A DNA stretch of 64,000 nt from Batkoa obscura (GCA_030770535.1 JASVEC010000017.1:744001-808000); one strand, 5' to 3'. Shown: positions 37,920 through 52,178, numbered from the stretch's first letter. Notes: generated by a model from the letters alone, not told the origin. Translations and numbers: made by a program.

Positions 37920-38641
37920 ATGGAACCTATGTACACTAATATAACTCAATTATTAAATAACATAATTGAAGATGATCAGAAGTTAAAGTTGATTTTTAGT
38001 GACCAAATTCAGTTATTTGAGAATAGCAATAATAGCATAAATGATAGCAATATAGACGAATCCTCTTTATTCTGGAAAAAGCAAGCTTTGCAAACCCAAG
38101 TAAAAGAACTAACGCTTGAGCTAAACAATTTAAGGGTAATCATAATATATCGAAACTCAAAAACAAAACCAATCTATTTAAATTAGAAGCTAAGTACAAG
38201 TACAATCGACGATAATATATTAACTAAACCTTTAAAACAAAACTCCTGGTTAGCTGAGATGAATTATGATCAATTTAAAGATAAAATTGAACAGTTTATT
38301 CAATTTTTTGAAAAGTGCTTTTTATCCCATTTAGATAAGGTAAAGGTCACTAAAGAGGAGGAAGATGTTGATGGTAGAATTAACTCTCTTTCTATTTAAA
38401 AAATTAATCAGGTTTTAGGTGGCTCAATTGATACTATATTTCAACACGTTGATAACTGTAATGAGGTAGTTTTTTTACTATAGGTTTTGTAAATAACTCG
38501 TGTTGATTTTTTATTCTGTAGTTAATACAACAACTTAAAAAAAATATTAAAGTAGATTTCGAATTGGTAAATCAACAACAGATAGTTAAAAATTGTGAAA
38601 TTATTTTGAGTAAAATTAAGCAAATTAAGCAGTTGGATTAA
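37920..38641 (+). CDS. 4-exon coiled-coil protein, possibly augmin subunit HAUS2-like
   Basis: spliced ..ALQTQVKELTLELNNLR|KLSTSTIDDNILTKPLKQNSWLAEMNY..FLSHLDKVK..; open frame across three GT-AG introns. Confidence 0.5.
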
Positions 38642-38771
38642 GTGTAGTAATAATAAAAGCTATTTATTTATCATACCTTTATGTTCATTCTTCTTTCTTT
38701 AAATTTATATAGCAAATATAATAAAATAAAAATAGAAATAGTTTAGCAAGCATAATATTTATTTTTTATAA

Positions 38772-41376
38772 TCAAAAAGCAAAATCATCTGGAGCATCTA
38801 AATCAACATAAGAGGTAATCTGGCGTGGATCTTTAACAGTAGTAGTATTATTTAAATTGGTATTATTGGATGTAATAACCATATTTGGAATTGGTATGTT
38901 AGTTGTGGTGGAAGCTGAAATTGGGTAAACACCTGGATAATTCAAAGTGGCATTATTTTTATTATTAAGTAATGTATTAGTTTGGATTAATGGATAAACA
39001 CCTTGATGATGGCTATTATTGTTGTTTTTGGTGTTGTTGTTCCCAATAAATTGATTGTTAGATAGATTGATGGGTTGTGATAATGATAGTGGAACAATAC
39101 GATTTGGATCTCTAATGTAATTGTTATAATAACTATAATTCATCAAACTCACTTCAGTATTTAAAGCATCCATATGCTTACTTAAGATATGTTTTTTAAC
39201 ATATTCCCTCCCTTTGAATAACTTATTGCATATCTTACATTTATGTTTACTTTCAGTAAGTTCTTCAACATATCCCTTACTTTCAATTATTTCTTCCGTT
39301 ATTTTTTTAACATTGATTCCTCCAATTTTTTCAATTTCACTATAATCGTCTTCATTAATTAATTTCCTTTCAATTTTAGTATCTAATTGTTCAACCCAAA
39401 TATCACCTAAATTAACACCATTGTTACTTTATTAATATATTTTAATTAACTAATTAATTACCACTACGAGTTGACACTACTCTTGGTAAGGATCTTAAAT
39501 GATTTTTACATTTTCTTTGAAGTTCCATAGGATTCTCTGAATCTACACAACAATAATAACAAAAACAGAATATATTTCTAAGGCAAGCTAAATATAGGTC
39601 AAGTGTTTGTTTAGTCTATAAAATTATTAATCACTAACCAACTATTATTTAAATTTACTTACTTCATATAAATCATCATTTGGTAGTGCAAAGTTTTCAA
39701 CTCTCTTCTTACGGAATATAGTTTCAAGTCGTTCTTGAATTAATTTATTGCATGGCATTTCATTATCAAACATTGTCTCATAATATTTAACTAATTTTTG
39801 TACTTGTAACGAATCAATACTAATACGTCTTGCTGTATTGGATATTTCATTTGCAGTACGTAAACTACTTTTTTGCAAATGTTTTCCAAAATACAAAGTA
39901 AATTCATCCACCTAAGTAATATGATTAATGATATGCTCTATTATATTATTATTGCTATTACGTTAGTTTTATCAACTGCTTCCAATGCTTTATCAAGATC
40001 TGTGCCCATTTCAAAGAATACCCATCCGATTCGGTGAAATCTTTTAAGCATATTAGGTTCTCCAAGCATTAAATAACGAAATCCATCTGCTTTTTTACAA
40101 ACCTATTTAATAGATTAATATATAACAAATCTGGTATAATATTGTTATTACTTCTAAAATTTGGGCCTTAGAAATTGATGGTGGTATACTTTTTATAAAT
40201 AAAGCTGGTAAATCTTCAATATCTATTTTATCATCATTATTTTCTTCCTTAATTTCACCTGCTGCCTCTTCTTTCTTCATTTCCTCTTCTCCGTCTTCTT
40301 TTTTTTCTAGCTTTGTTTCTTCCTCTTCTTCCTTCGCTTCTTTTTTAACGCTTAATTCTAAACTGATATCAGGTAACGCTATAAAAAGGTTAATAAAGAT
40401 AAAGCTAAAAATAAACAAATTTACCTGCTTTAGGTACATCAAAACAGACATCATCATAAACACCCTCTTTCAAATCAGTAGTAAATTTTTCGTACGCTTT
40501 CATCCTTTCTAGTTTTAATTTTTGTTTATATTCTTTTAAATAATCCGGATGGTATTTTTCTTGAAACCAAGGTTCATTTTTATGCTCTTCAAAAAAGTAC
40601 TTATATTGCAATACACTATATTGGTCTTTATATTCTTCATAACGTTTTTTAATGTTATAATCTGAATGTCTCTGATTAGGTTCATTAAATCTTAAATAAT
40701 CTGCATAATAATCAATCGAAACTAAATCTGGAATATTTAATGGGTCAATTAATTCTGGAATCCTATTATAAAATATTATTATTGTATTTTGTCATTTGGT
40801 TAGTAGTTTTACTCATTATCAAATTCTTCAGGTAAGGGAATACCCGGTTCATTTACTTTATTATTAGTTGGATGATCAAAATCATAATTACTGACAAACT
40901 GATCAGGTGCTGGTCTATAAATTAATATTAATACACTATATATTAATTTCTAAATTATCCTATAACCTTCTATCTCTAGGTAAGTTTCTTTCACTTCTAT
41001 CGTAATTGTTTTCATTATATCGTCGAGATCTTCCGTGTGAATTATCCTTATATCTGTCTCCTCTTTCCTCGTGTCCTGAGTATCTTCCTCTCGAATAATA
41101 GTTATCTTTTGGATATTTATTTTTGGAGTTTGATTCGTCATTTGGAGAAGGCGAACGTTGTCTTCTAGTGGCAGAATCTATATTTAATATAAATCAATAT
41201 TATTGCTACATACTGCCATCTTATACATTACCAATATTACTACCGCTATGCTCCCTACGAACAGGACTATGAGATCTACTTTTAGCTTTATTATTCCATT
41301 CTTGTTTTCCAACTTCATTGTTTCTCCCACGCCCTTGCTCCCCTCTAATTCCATCACTATCGACCGAGTTATCCAT
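38772..41376 (-). CDS. ARS2: SERRATE/ARS2 RNA effector, multi-exon
   Basis: RS-rich N-terminus, FFEEHKNEPWFQEKYHP, RRM-like LFIKSIPP..FHRIGWV, zinc finger CKICNKLF..HILSKH, C-terminal DPRQITSYVDLDAP. Confidence 0.92.
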
Positions 41377-41918
41377 ACTATCTAGTTTGTTTAATCACCT
41401 TTAGGTTAAAATTTTAATATTGGTTTAATTCACATTTAATTTTAAACATTTTATCAAAATATCTCTCTTAAAAAAATCAAATAGTCAAAAAATTACTTAA
41501 TAAAAATATATAAAAAGGAACCTAGTTTTGCTTCAAAATTCTTGCCCCTTTAAACTATTTTTTGCACTTTGCTTTGGAAAATTGATCTCTTCTTTGTTTT
41601 CATTGGTTAATTTTAATAATTGATTATGCTCTTGTTTTTACCATGGTTTCAATAATAATAATATAATAGCAATAAATAATAATAGCATGGAGGTGGTAAG
41701 AGGCTTAAGTGTTATGATTACAAGTAGTTTAAACTTTATTATAAAACTGACATTAGATTTAAACTAATAGACTATAAAAAGGTACAAAAGTTACTAATAG
41801 TTTATAACTTCGAAACAAAATAAATAAAAACAAACTAATTTAAAAGAAAAAAGAAACATTGACACTTTAAAAAAAAATACTCCACTTTAAACAGATTTTA
41901 ATAACACTTTATTTTACT

Positions 41919-42389
41919 TTATCCTTTGACAACTTTACCAACAATTGGATATCTTTTTGAGAAAAAGGAGTGCCAGTTATTTAATGTGTTAGTCTATGGA
42001 GAAACAAAATTAATATCTAAAACTAAGAAATAGATTATTAGACTTACTGCCTCTTCATCAATGTTACTTATATCTGAATGACAATCTTCTGGATTTAATG
42101 AACTGGTAGCTAAAGCCTAATAAAGGTTATATAAACTTCAATGATCCTCATCCTATTATTAATAGTAACTTACATAAGAAGCGTCTTTTCCAGCGAATAT
42201 GTGATAACCTCCACCAGGTCCATAAGAGGATGGGTTAGCAGATACATCAAATACATCACCTTTAATGACTACATAAATAGGTAAGCCCTCATTGGAGCCA
42301 TCATGCTTTGATAAACTAGATTCAGGGATTGGAGTAGTTAAAGGAGCAGGTTGTGGTGGTAAAGATTGATTAGAATTTCCAGTAAACAT
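41919..42389 (-). CDS. Cytochrome b5-like heme/steroid-binding protein (MAPR/Dap1 family), 3 exons
   Basis: IYVVIKGDVFDVS, YGPGGGYHIFAGKDAS, W..FFSKRYPIVG. Confidence 0.88.
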
Positions 42390-42553
42390 TTTTTAGAATA
42401 TAAAAAGTTTAAGGTTTAAAAATTCTAGTTTTGGATTAGGTCATTGCATTTGAAATTTTATTGAATGCCTTAAAATAGTCATTTCATTGGACTATTTTTT
42501 TAAAATTTTATTGTTAATAATCTCAAAGTAGAATTATATCATATACTTAAAAA

Positions 42554-43110
42554 ATGATGGAAGATATAACATATGAAACAGAAATTATTAAATTAGTATT
42601 GACATACAACCCAATCGATGTAGCTGGTTGCTTAGAATGGGCAAAGCATCCTAAAGCTGGTGCTATATCTTCTTTTATAGGTACTACAAGGGATAACTTT
42701 GATGGTGCTACTTTTTAACTACATATAATAATTTGACTAATAAACCTTTTTTATCAGGTAAAAATGTCTTAAACTTAGAATACACAAGTTATGGGGAAAT
42801 GGCGATAAAAGAGATGAATAAACTATGCCTTCAGACAATCGAAAAATATAGTAACTCTGTAAAACCTTCATCTTGTTGTTCTTCGTCAAGTGAGCAAGTT
42901 CAAATGTTAGAAAATAAGGTTAAAAAAATCATTATAGTCCATCGATTGGGTAAAGTAGGTATCAAAGAAGAGTCCGTTCTAATTGCTGTTTCTACTCCGC
43001 ATAGAGAGTTGGGATTAAAAGCGTGTCAATTCCTTATTGATCAGATTAAGGTCAAGGTGCCCATTTGGAAAAAAGAAGTGTTAGAGGATGGGGATAAGTT
43101 GTGGAAATAA
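42554..43110 (+). CDS. MOCS2: Molybdopterin synthase catalytic subunit (MoaE/MOCS2B), 2 exons
   Basis: GAISSFIGTTRDNF, LEYTSY, HRLG, STPHR, VPIWKKE. Confidence 0.93.
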
Positions 43111-43286
43111 ATTAGATAATAGTAGTAAATTCATTAAAACCAGGGTTTATTATTGGATTGTTTTGTTTGATTACTATAATAAAATTATAATAAGTTGGAA
43201 TTTTAACAATGATTTATCTTTGACGTAATAATTTAAACTTAATTTAAAAATGAAAAAATTGAATTCAATATTTTATTTTTTTTAAA

Positions 43287-46200
43287 ATGAGTCAAAAATC
43301 AACCGACGATAATTCAAGTAATATCGATGATCTTGTGGATGATTTAGATAAAAATGATCCAAATGAAGCTTTGGATGCTATAAAGTTAGAAGTAATCGTA
43401 CTCGATATTTTTTAAATCTATTGACTTTCATTAGCTTGAAAAAAACAGCTACCAATATGAATTACATCTAAAATTAATAACAGAAGCTAAAGCACAAAAC
43501 AATTATGATGAATTGAATGAGGCTAGAAAAAATATGTCCAATTTGTTTCCATTAGATGAGAGTAATATTTTATTATTGTTATTAAATTACAATTTAATAA
43601 ATAGATTTATGGATCGAATGGTTAAATGATGAAATTAATCTAAGCTTTACAAGACAAGAAAAGGGAAATGTAATTACTCTTTTTGACAAGGCAGCCGATG
43701 ATTATTTAAGTAATAAAAATAGCTGTCTATATTATTATAGTTTAACATTATTAGTGACTGGAGTTTGGAAGCTTTATATTGATTTTATGATCAATAATTT
43801 TGATTATGAAAACGACAAAATGGAAGAAGCACTTGATTCAGAGCTATTCAGTTTAGACCAAGTAAGAGAGGTATTCAACAAGGCTATAAACGCGACAAAT
43901 TATCATATTGTCGAAGTAAGTTCGACTTGTAAACTAGTCTTTTATGTATTAAAGTCATTTAGGGTCATTTAATATGGGACAGTATACTTGAGTTTGAGTT
44001 GAATATACTTGAGGTAATTTTAACTAAAATATTAGCAAAATAACTAACACACTTTGTAGAAAAAGGCTAGGTAATCGGAAAGTATAAAAATAATCAATGA
44101 AAATAATAACACAATAATAGTGATGAACAAAAACAACACATAAATTCACTTTATGTAATTCGATTTTTAACCCCGCATAAAAGTAAGTATCATTATGGAT
44201 TTTTAAGCTAAAGTTATTTAATATTATGTTAGATATTACAGAAAATTTCGAGGCTTATTCTCAATTTGTATCAAAGCACTATCCACAACAGTACGAAGCT
44301 ATGATGAAGAGCGCAAACTCAAATTATTCAGCTTCGCTTAAAGAATTGCTAGATAGAGAACCCTTTGAAGAGAAATTAGTAAATTCATAATATTGAATTA
44401 TAATTATTTGATTAATATTTTAATTAGAAAGACACTCATCCTTTAGAAGTGTATAATGAATATATTAAGTATGAACTTGGACAAAAAGCAAGGTCAAAAT
44501 CAAAATATGATAATAACTTATTAAAAGTATTATACCAAAGGGCTGTTGCAAAACATCCATTACAAATACAATTATGGGAAGCTTATTTAGCTTATTTGGT
44601 AAGTTTAATAAATTAAATTGTAGTATCAAATAATAGTTTTTATAGGGAGTTGATGTGAAAGATAATGAAAATTTTGTAAAAGCATGCTATCAAAGTATTC
44701 GTAATTGTAATTGGTCAGGTGCTTTATGGGCTGCTTACCTTCGTTCAATGGTAATTTAAGTTTGAATATACAAGTTTAGATTTTATTTGTCAATTTTATT
44801 AGGAAAATACATTGGATTTAGGAAGTATTGATGGTAATATACAATGACAATGTCAATCATTTAACACTTGTTGACTAATATTTTAGCATTTTATAGTCAT
44901 GCTTTAGGGATCAATTTAATTCAAAGTAATCCAGAAGAATTTTTGAAGCTTTTACTGGAAAGAATTGCAATTTATAGAAGAAAATTATTACCAACTATTA
45001 CTACTGAAGTAAATGAGACGATTCATGAGACCATAAATAATATATTCAAAGATACAATTGAAACGTTAAATCAATGTAATTCATATATAAGCTATAAATA
45101 TTAAATATTAAATATTAAATATTAAATATTAAATTTAGTGACTCCAGTTGGGGACCCAGAATGCAAAGTATTACTTTTATGGGCTAATATAGAAGTTATT
45201 TACTTTAAAGATATTGCTGGAGCACGTAAAATATGGACTAAAATAATGAAAACAAAAAAGAATGAAGCAACGTATTGGGTAAAACAAATTGATTTTGAAA
45301 GGTAACAAGTATTATAAATTAAAAAACTATTTTTATCAATTAAATAGTCGATATGGGGATATATCCAAAATGTTATTTTTATTTAAAAAAGCTATACAAA
45401 CAACAACAGATTACCCAGAGTATATTTTACAAGCTTGGGAAGACTACGTTCGTATTTATAATTTTGAAGATAGTGATATTGATATCATGTTTACAATTGC
45501 ACGTCAAAGAACTAAAATAAATGAACAATATCAAGAAAGTTTAATATATCAAGCTACTGGAGAACAGTTAAATGAGGCTAAAAAAGAAAGAGCTAGAGTT
45601 AGGGATCGTGCTAATAAAGTAAAAGAATATTTGCTTATATTAAATTATTCTTATTAATTTATTAAGGCCAAAAAGCGTGCTAAAAATAAAGATCATAATG
45701 AAAGAGATCAAGGTGATAATAACGAAGATAGTCAAGATGACAAGTCGAATGGAAATAAGGATGAATCAAGACAAGGTAATAATTGAATCATTATATTGAA
45801 TATTAAAAATTTAGTATTTAATAAATTTATAGATAAAGCTTATGAACATAACAATAGCAAGTAAGTTTATTTATATTTATCCAATTGTATTTAATTATAT
45901 AATGGAAGTTCGAAATTACCAACAAAAAATTTAAGCCAAGAAGAAATAAATAAGAGGAATGAAGAAACAACTGTGTTTGTATGTAACTTTAGGGATCTTA
46001 CAAGAGAATATCTTCATGATCTATTTTCTAAGGTAATAAAGTTATAAGTTAGTAAAAAATAAATAACGAGTTTAAATTTTAGTATGGTAAAATAATAGAG
46101 GTTCGTAAACCAATCTCGCCAGCTAGAAAAGAAAGAAATTTTGCTTATATTCAATTTGAAACTAAAGTAAATTTAATAAAACTTATGAAGTATCTAGTTA

Positions 46201-47087
46201 ATAAAAATTGATTTTTAGGAAGAAACAGAAGCTTCACTTGAATTAAATGGACATAAATTAGATAATGGTATGGAATTATCAGTTCGATTATCATCTTCTA
46301 AAAAAGAAAGCCAAAAAAGACCAGCAAAGTAATATTAATATTATTTTATAGACTTGTTAAAATTATTATTGTTTTTAGGGATTTAAATATTAATCCATGC
46401 AAATTATTTGTGAGTAATTTACCAAGAACATATACCCAACAAGATGTATTAACTTTATTCAAACAAGTAAATTAATAGTAATAATAATTGAAAATGAATT
46501 TATTAATTTAAAATTGAATTTAGTTTGGCGCAATTAAAGATATTAATATGATTAAGGATTTTAATGGATTATTTAAAGGAATTTGTTTTGTTCATTTTGA
46601 TGAAGAAGTAATTTTAATAATCAATAAACAATAAGTTAATAGTTGATCTTTTTTAATAGGAATTTAGTAATCAAGCATTAGGTTTAAATAGTACTATTAT
46701 TGAAGGTCATCCAATTACTGTATCAATTGCAGATCCTACTCAAAGTAAAAGCAAAAAGTAAGTTTTATAATAATAATAATCAATTGATTATTAAATATTG
46801 CTAGACAAAATATTGAATCCAAAGAATCTACAGAAGCTAATGATGAGTAAGTGAAAATTCTAATTAATAATAGTAAATATTAATTTGTATTATTTAGAGC
46901 TGAGAAGGTTAATAAACAAGATATACCATATATTAAAAGATCAAATCGAAAAACGTATAAAAGACATATAAATATTAAGAAAGTAAAACAAGAAGAGAAT
47001 AGTGAAATTGCCAATTTATCAAAAGAAGAAAAGAAAGAATTAACTAACTCGGATTTTAGATCTTTACTCCTTGGAAAAAAAGATTAA
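43287..47087 (+). CDS. SART3: SART3/Prp24 U6 recycling factor (HAT repeats, 2 RRMs, LSm-interaction tail), more than 20 introns
   Basis: FPLDE..WIEWL, RAVAKHP..LW, RNCNWSGALW; RRMs TVFVCN/NFAYIQF and KLFVSNL/KGICFVHF; LTNSDFRSLLLG near the stop. Confidence 0.9.
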
Positions 47088-47213
47088 GTTTTATTTTAGA
47101 ACAAATAAATAAATAAAGCATAAAAAATGATAATTTAAATAACAAGAATAAAATAAATATTTAATCTAAATAATAATAATAGTCTATTATCTATGTAAAA
47201 ATAGTTAGTTATT

Positions 47214-48561
47214 TTACATGCGAAAGATAGAATTCATATCCATAGGTCTAGCTGTTGATAATTGAGGAATTTGAGTATATTTTTTTTCAGCTAAAATCGT
47301 ACGAATTTGATGTAATAAATCAATATAACTTAAATTATAAGATCTTCTATACAAAGCGGTGATTAAAGCCATTGACATAGCGCCCGTATTACCTAAATCG
47401 ACATCATTAACGTCAGCTGAGGTTTGTTCATCTTTACACCCTGAAAACATAATCACATCCGCTAACCCTCCCTTTAATTCTTGTTTTTGTTTTTCTCTTT
47501 TATGACCATGCATTACATTATTCACTCCATCTTTTAAACTCATGATGGCTCCCACTAAGTCTCCCATTTGAGTTTTAGTACCAATACTCACTAAAGCATT
47601 GAATGCTGATTTAGCGGGATTAAATGATTTTAATTTCCCAGAAGATGAATAAATGTAGGGTAAATCCAAGGCCGTACCTGAATGACAACAATCGAATACA
47701 GCAGTTAATCTACAACCTTGAGGTAAAGGTTGTACTAATATCAAATTCATCTCATCGTCCGTAATTTGACCTTGTTGTTGAAAATCCAATGGGCAAATAG
47801 TTTCATCAAACCCATCTTCTTCATCTCCATCTAAATCCGGTGTTTGACTTCCATGACCTGAAAAATGAAAAAATAGAGAATCATTGGCTCTTGCGCCATC
47901 CGTTAGCCATCTCATGGCTGATAATATATTTTGTTTCGTTGGTAATCTAGATGGATTATGTCGTTGATCATCCGTTAATAAAACCATACCTTCCAATGGA
48001 AATTGATAACTTGAGGTTAAAAATCGTTGTATATTTTTAACATCATTAATACACCCCTTTAACTCAAATTTGGTTTGTATATAATTAATACCAATTAATA
48101 ATGCCTTTTTTCGTCCTGTAAAATTGGATACTTGAACTACATTAGGTGCCCCTGGAGGCAGTGGGGCATGTTGTGGTACAGGTGTTAAACTTGGTGGTTC
48201 TTGAAAGCTATTAGGATTAATTGGTGGTAGCTGGGGCGGTGCTATAAATTCATCTTGATGTTCAGGTTGTGGCATGGGGACAAAATTGGAAGCTTGCATA
48301 GGTACAGGTTGTGTATGGGAATAATTACCATGTTCACTATCTTGCCATGGGGTTGGCATTGTCATTGTCGGTGGATTATCGGATAATGGGTTGTTGTTTG
48401 ATAGATCCATTTGTGGAATGGGCATAGTTATGGAGGGTGGGTTAGGCTGTTGTTGTGGGTTATTATTATTATTGTTATTAGGTTGTGGAAATGGCATTGA
48501 CATTGGATTATTATCTTTTTGAATAGTAGTATCTATTTGTGGCATTGACATAGAGGGTGGA

Positions 48562-48607
<46 letters not shown>

Positions 48608-48938
48608 TAGTTCCATCCGATGGGTTATAAATATTATTATTATTATTCATATTTCCAATAGATGGATTATTGTTATTATTATTCATTCCTGATTTTTGTA
48701 ATGTATATTCATTCGGATTATTATTATTATTATCATTACCCTGTTGTTCTTCATAACACATATAATAGTGTAGTGTTGGTACATTTGGAGGATAATTACC
48801 TTGATATTGACTTGGATCTAAACGCTCATCTACTTGTTTATAATAAAATTTAGGAGCTACTGAACTGATATCGGTCCAAGAGGAAATGGAGTTATTACTT
48901 TTTGGTCGATTCATTACTTTATTAAAAAGGGAAAACAT
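47214..48938 (-). CDS. MCA1: Type I metacaspase with N/Q/P-rich prodomain, intronless
   Basis: KKALLIGINY, LKGCINDV, FHFSGHG, DCCHSGT, SGCKDEQTSAD; (AAT)n poly-Asn at ~48565-48606. Confidence 0.95.
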
Positions 48939-49177
48939 TGAAATTTTGTATTGAATATATATGTTGAGAATGTTTTATGACGTAAAACTCAATGAATTCT
49001 AAATTCAATTGATAAACATGATTCTTTTTTTGTTTTACAGATTGTAAGGCTAGTTAAATTGCTTTATTTGAACTTAAAATTATGTTTTAGAGTGATAAGT
49101 TTTGATGAAATTTTAAATAATTGAAGCATTTGAAATTCCAAATGTTTTAAAAATTTATAAAATAATGATCTATATTT

Positions 49178-49276
49178 GGAGATGTATTTTTGTTTAAGAA
49201 TTTTACTAACAATCTTTCCGCTCAAATAGCGTTTAAAAAATGGAAAAAGTGATGAAGCCAAAAAAAAAACATCCCC
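49178..49276. mobile_element. MITE family M
   Basis: GGAGATGT...ACATCCCC with ATTT on both flanks. Confidence 0.85.
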
Positions 49277-49669
49277 ATTTTTATAAAACATTAAAATTAT
49301 CAATTAATAAAAACAAGTGTGTTTTATAAAATTGTATAAATGACTCATATTATAAAACTAACTAGGTGAACTTATTTTCAAATTAAATTTCAGCAAATAA
49401 ATTAAACAATTTCTATTTTAATATAGAAGTTCATTTAATAAATTTGAATTAAATGAAAAATGAACCAAAATTGATAAAAATTCAATTAAAGAAACAAGAA
49501 TCGCAACTAAAGACACACCATTCTATTCAAATGTGATGTCATCTTTAAAATTGAAATAATATAATAAAACTGACAAAAAATAGAAATAAATTTTTATATC
49601 TTTAAAATTTTAAAAAAACAGTTTATTATTCTTCTTAGTATTATTTGAAACAATAGTTAATTATCAATT

Positions 49670-52178
49670 ATGGTCAATATACCAAATCAAAAAATCAATC
49701 TACAACTTGGAGATATTAATGGAGCTAAAGTATTAGCCAAATGTTTAAAAACTAAAGGAGTTGAAGTAATGTTTGGTATTGTTGGTATACCTGTAGTAGA
49801 AGTAAGTTGAGCTTTACTTTCATTACTCAATTACATTTAAGAAATAAAAACAAAGAACTAAAGGAACATGATATTTGAATTTGAAATTTTTGTTTTGAAA
49901 TTAATATTTTTTATTTAGGTGGCTGAAGCTTGTATTTCGGAAGGCATTCAATTCATTGGATGTAGGAATGAACAAACAGCATCTTATGCTGCTGGGGCTT
50001 ATGGCTACTTAACTGGGAAAGTGGGAGTAAGTGAAAGAATTTAATTTATAAAATATTCAACAATAAAAAAAAGTTGAGAATAAATGATAATCTATTTATA
50101 ATGAATAGGTATGTTTAGTAGTTTCAGGTCCTGGAGTTGTACATGGTAAGTAATAGACTTTTAAATAAAAAGCTTGAAAGTGAGATTGTTAATAAGTATT
50201 TTTTTAGCTTTATCAGGATTGTTTAATGCACAAGCAAATTGTTGGGTAAAAATAATAACTAATTTTATAAAGTGATAGATACTAACATATTACTATTATT
50301 ATTATAGCCATTAATATTAATTGGTGGATCTTGTGAAAGAAATCAGGTAAATCAAAATAAAATGAAACTAACATTTATTTAATATTAAATTAAATTCTAT
50401 TATTTAGGTTGGTATGGGTGCATTTCAAGAATTAGATCAAGTATTTGCTTGTAAACAATATACTAAGTAATTAATTAATATTGTTAATAATAATATTAAA
50501 ATAACAAACTAATAATAATAATAATAGATATTCGGATCGACCAAATAATATTCAACATATACCTGAAGTAGTGGATAGAGCATTTAATATCACTACTGTT
50601 GGTCAACCTGGTACAAGTTATATTGATTTAGTAAGTCAATAATAATAATAATAATAATTTCATTTATTTATTGTTATTTTCTATTTAGCCAGCGGATTTA
50701 ATTAAAGGAATAATTAAAGAAAAAGAAATCTTGGATTATCCAAAATTAAATAAATTATATACAATTGCTGGAAATGAAGAACAAATTGAATTAGCTATTA
50801 AATTATTATCCGAAGCCAAAAAACCTTTAGTTATACTTGGGAAAGGGTAAATTAATTAATAGTAATAATGACGATAGATAAATATTAACATTAATATTAT
50901 TTAAATTAGAGCAGCTTATTCACAAAGTGAAAAAGAAATTCAGTATTTTATTGAAAATAGTCAAATACCTTTTATTACTTCACCAATGGTAATATTATTA
51001 TAATAATGTTATTATAAAATATAAATTACTAATATTTTATTTTAATAGGGTAAAGGTATTTTACCTGATGATCACTCCAATTGTGCTTCATCAGCAAGAA
51101 GTTTTGCTATTAAAAATGCAGATGTTATTTTAGTTATTGGAGCAAGGTAAACATAAATAAATAATAATAGATTAAATAGTAATAATATAACAATATAATA
51201 TAACATAATATACAGACTAAATTGGATGTTTCAATATGGACGACAATTTCAATCATTAGCTAAGCTCATACAAATTGATATCAATGCTGAAGAAATGGGT
51301 AAAAGTAAAATACCTGATATTTGTTTAATTGGTCACATACAAAAAATTATAAAACAAATGAATTTAAAATTGAAAGTCAATAATAATTCTAAAGAGTTTC
51401 TAAATCAAATACAACAATTAAGTAATAAAAATAATCAACGATTAGAATTTAAATTTAAATCAAATAAATTATTAATGAACCATCATCAAGCATTGAAAGT
51501 AGTTCAACATCATTTAAATAACTTAGATTGTTGTTTGATATCTGAAGGGGCTAGAACAATGGATGTTACTAGAGTTTTAATACCTTCGAAATTACCTAGA
51601 CATCGATTAGATGCTGGTACTTTAGGGGTGATGGGTGTAGGGGTGGGTTATGCTATTGCTGGTAAATTTAATAGAATACTTTAATAACATAATAATAAAA
51701 TAATATATTATTATTACATTAGCACAATTAGTTTACCCAGAAAAGAAAGTAGTAGCTATTATGGGAGATAGTGCCTTTGGCTTCAGTGCCTTAGATATTG
51801 AAACTTGTTTAAGATATAGTTTACCCATTATCTTTGTAATAATTAATAATTCTGGTATTTATTCTGGATTATCGGATTTATCTGATTTAGATAAATCAAA
51901 AATACCTTCTTTTGCTTTATCTCCATCAACGGAATATCATCATATTGCTAATTTGGTTCCTAATAAAGCTTATGGAGTTACTGTAGATAATAAGAAAGAT
52001 TTGGATTTGGCTTTGGAGAAAGCAATAAAAGGGAATCAATTAGCAATTATTAATGTTATTATTGATCCTGCTCCTGCGGAAGAGGTAATTCTATTATTGT
52101 AAGGGATTATAAGTTGATGTTAATTAAATGATTTAGGGTTTATACTGGGAAATTCAAGATAAAAATAGTAAACTTTAA
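49670..52178 (+). CDS. HACL1: Peroxisomal 2-hydroxyacyl-CoA lyase / oxalyl-CoA decarboxylase-like TPP enzyme, ~13 exons
   Basis: [51 protein letters not shown]; last exon ends SKL-stop. Confidence 0.88.

Noticed and set aside
45096..45134. (AAATATT)5 tandem repeat
   Set aside because: Simple slippage repeat inside a SART3 intron; no spacers, not CRISPR-like
49064..49303. 79-aa ORF
   Set aside because: Runs through a MITE; non-coding
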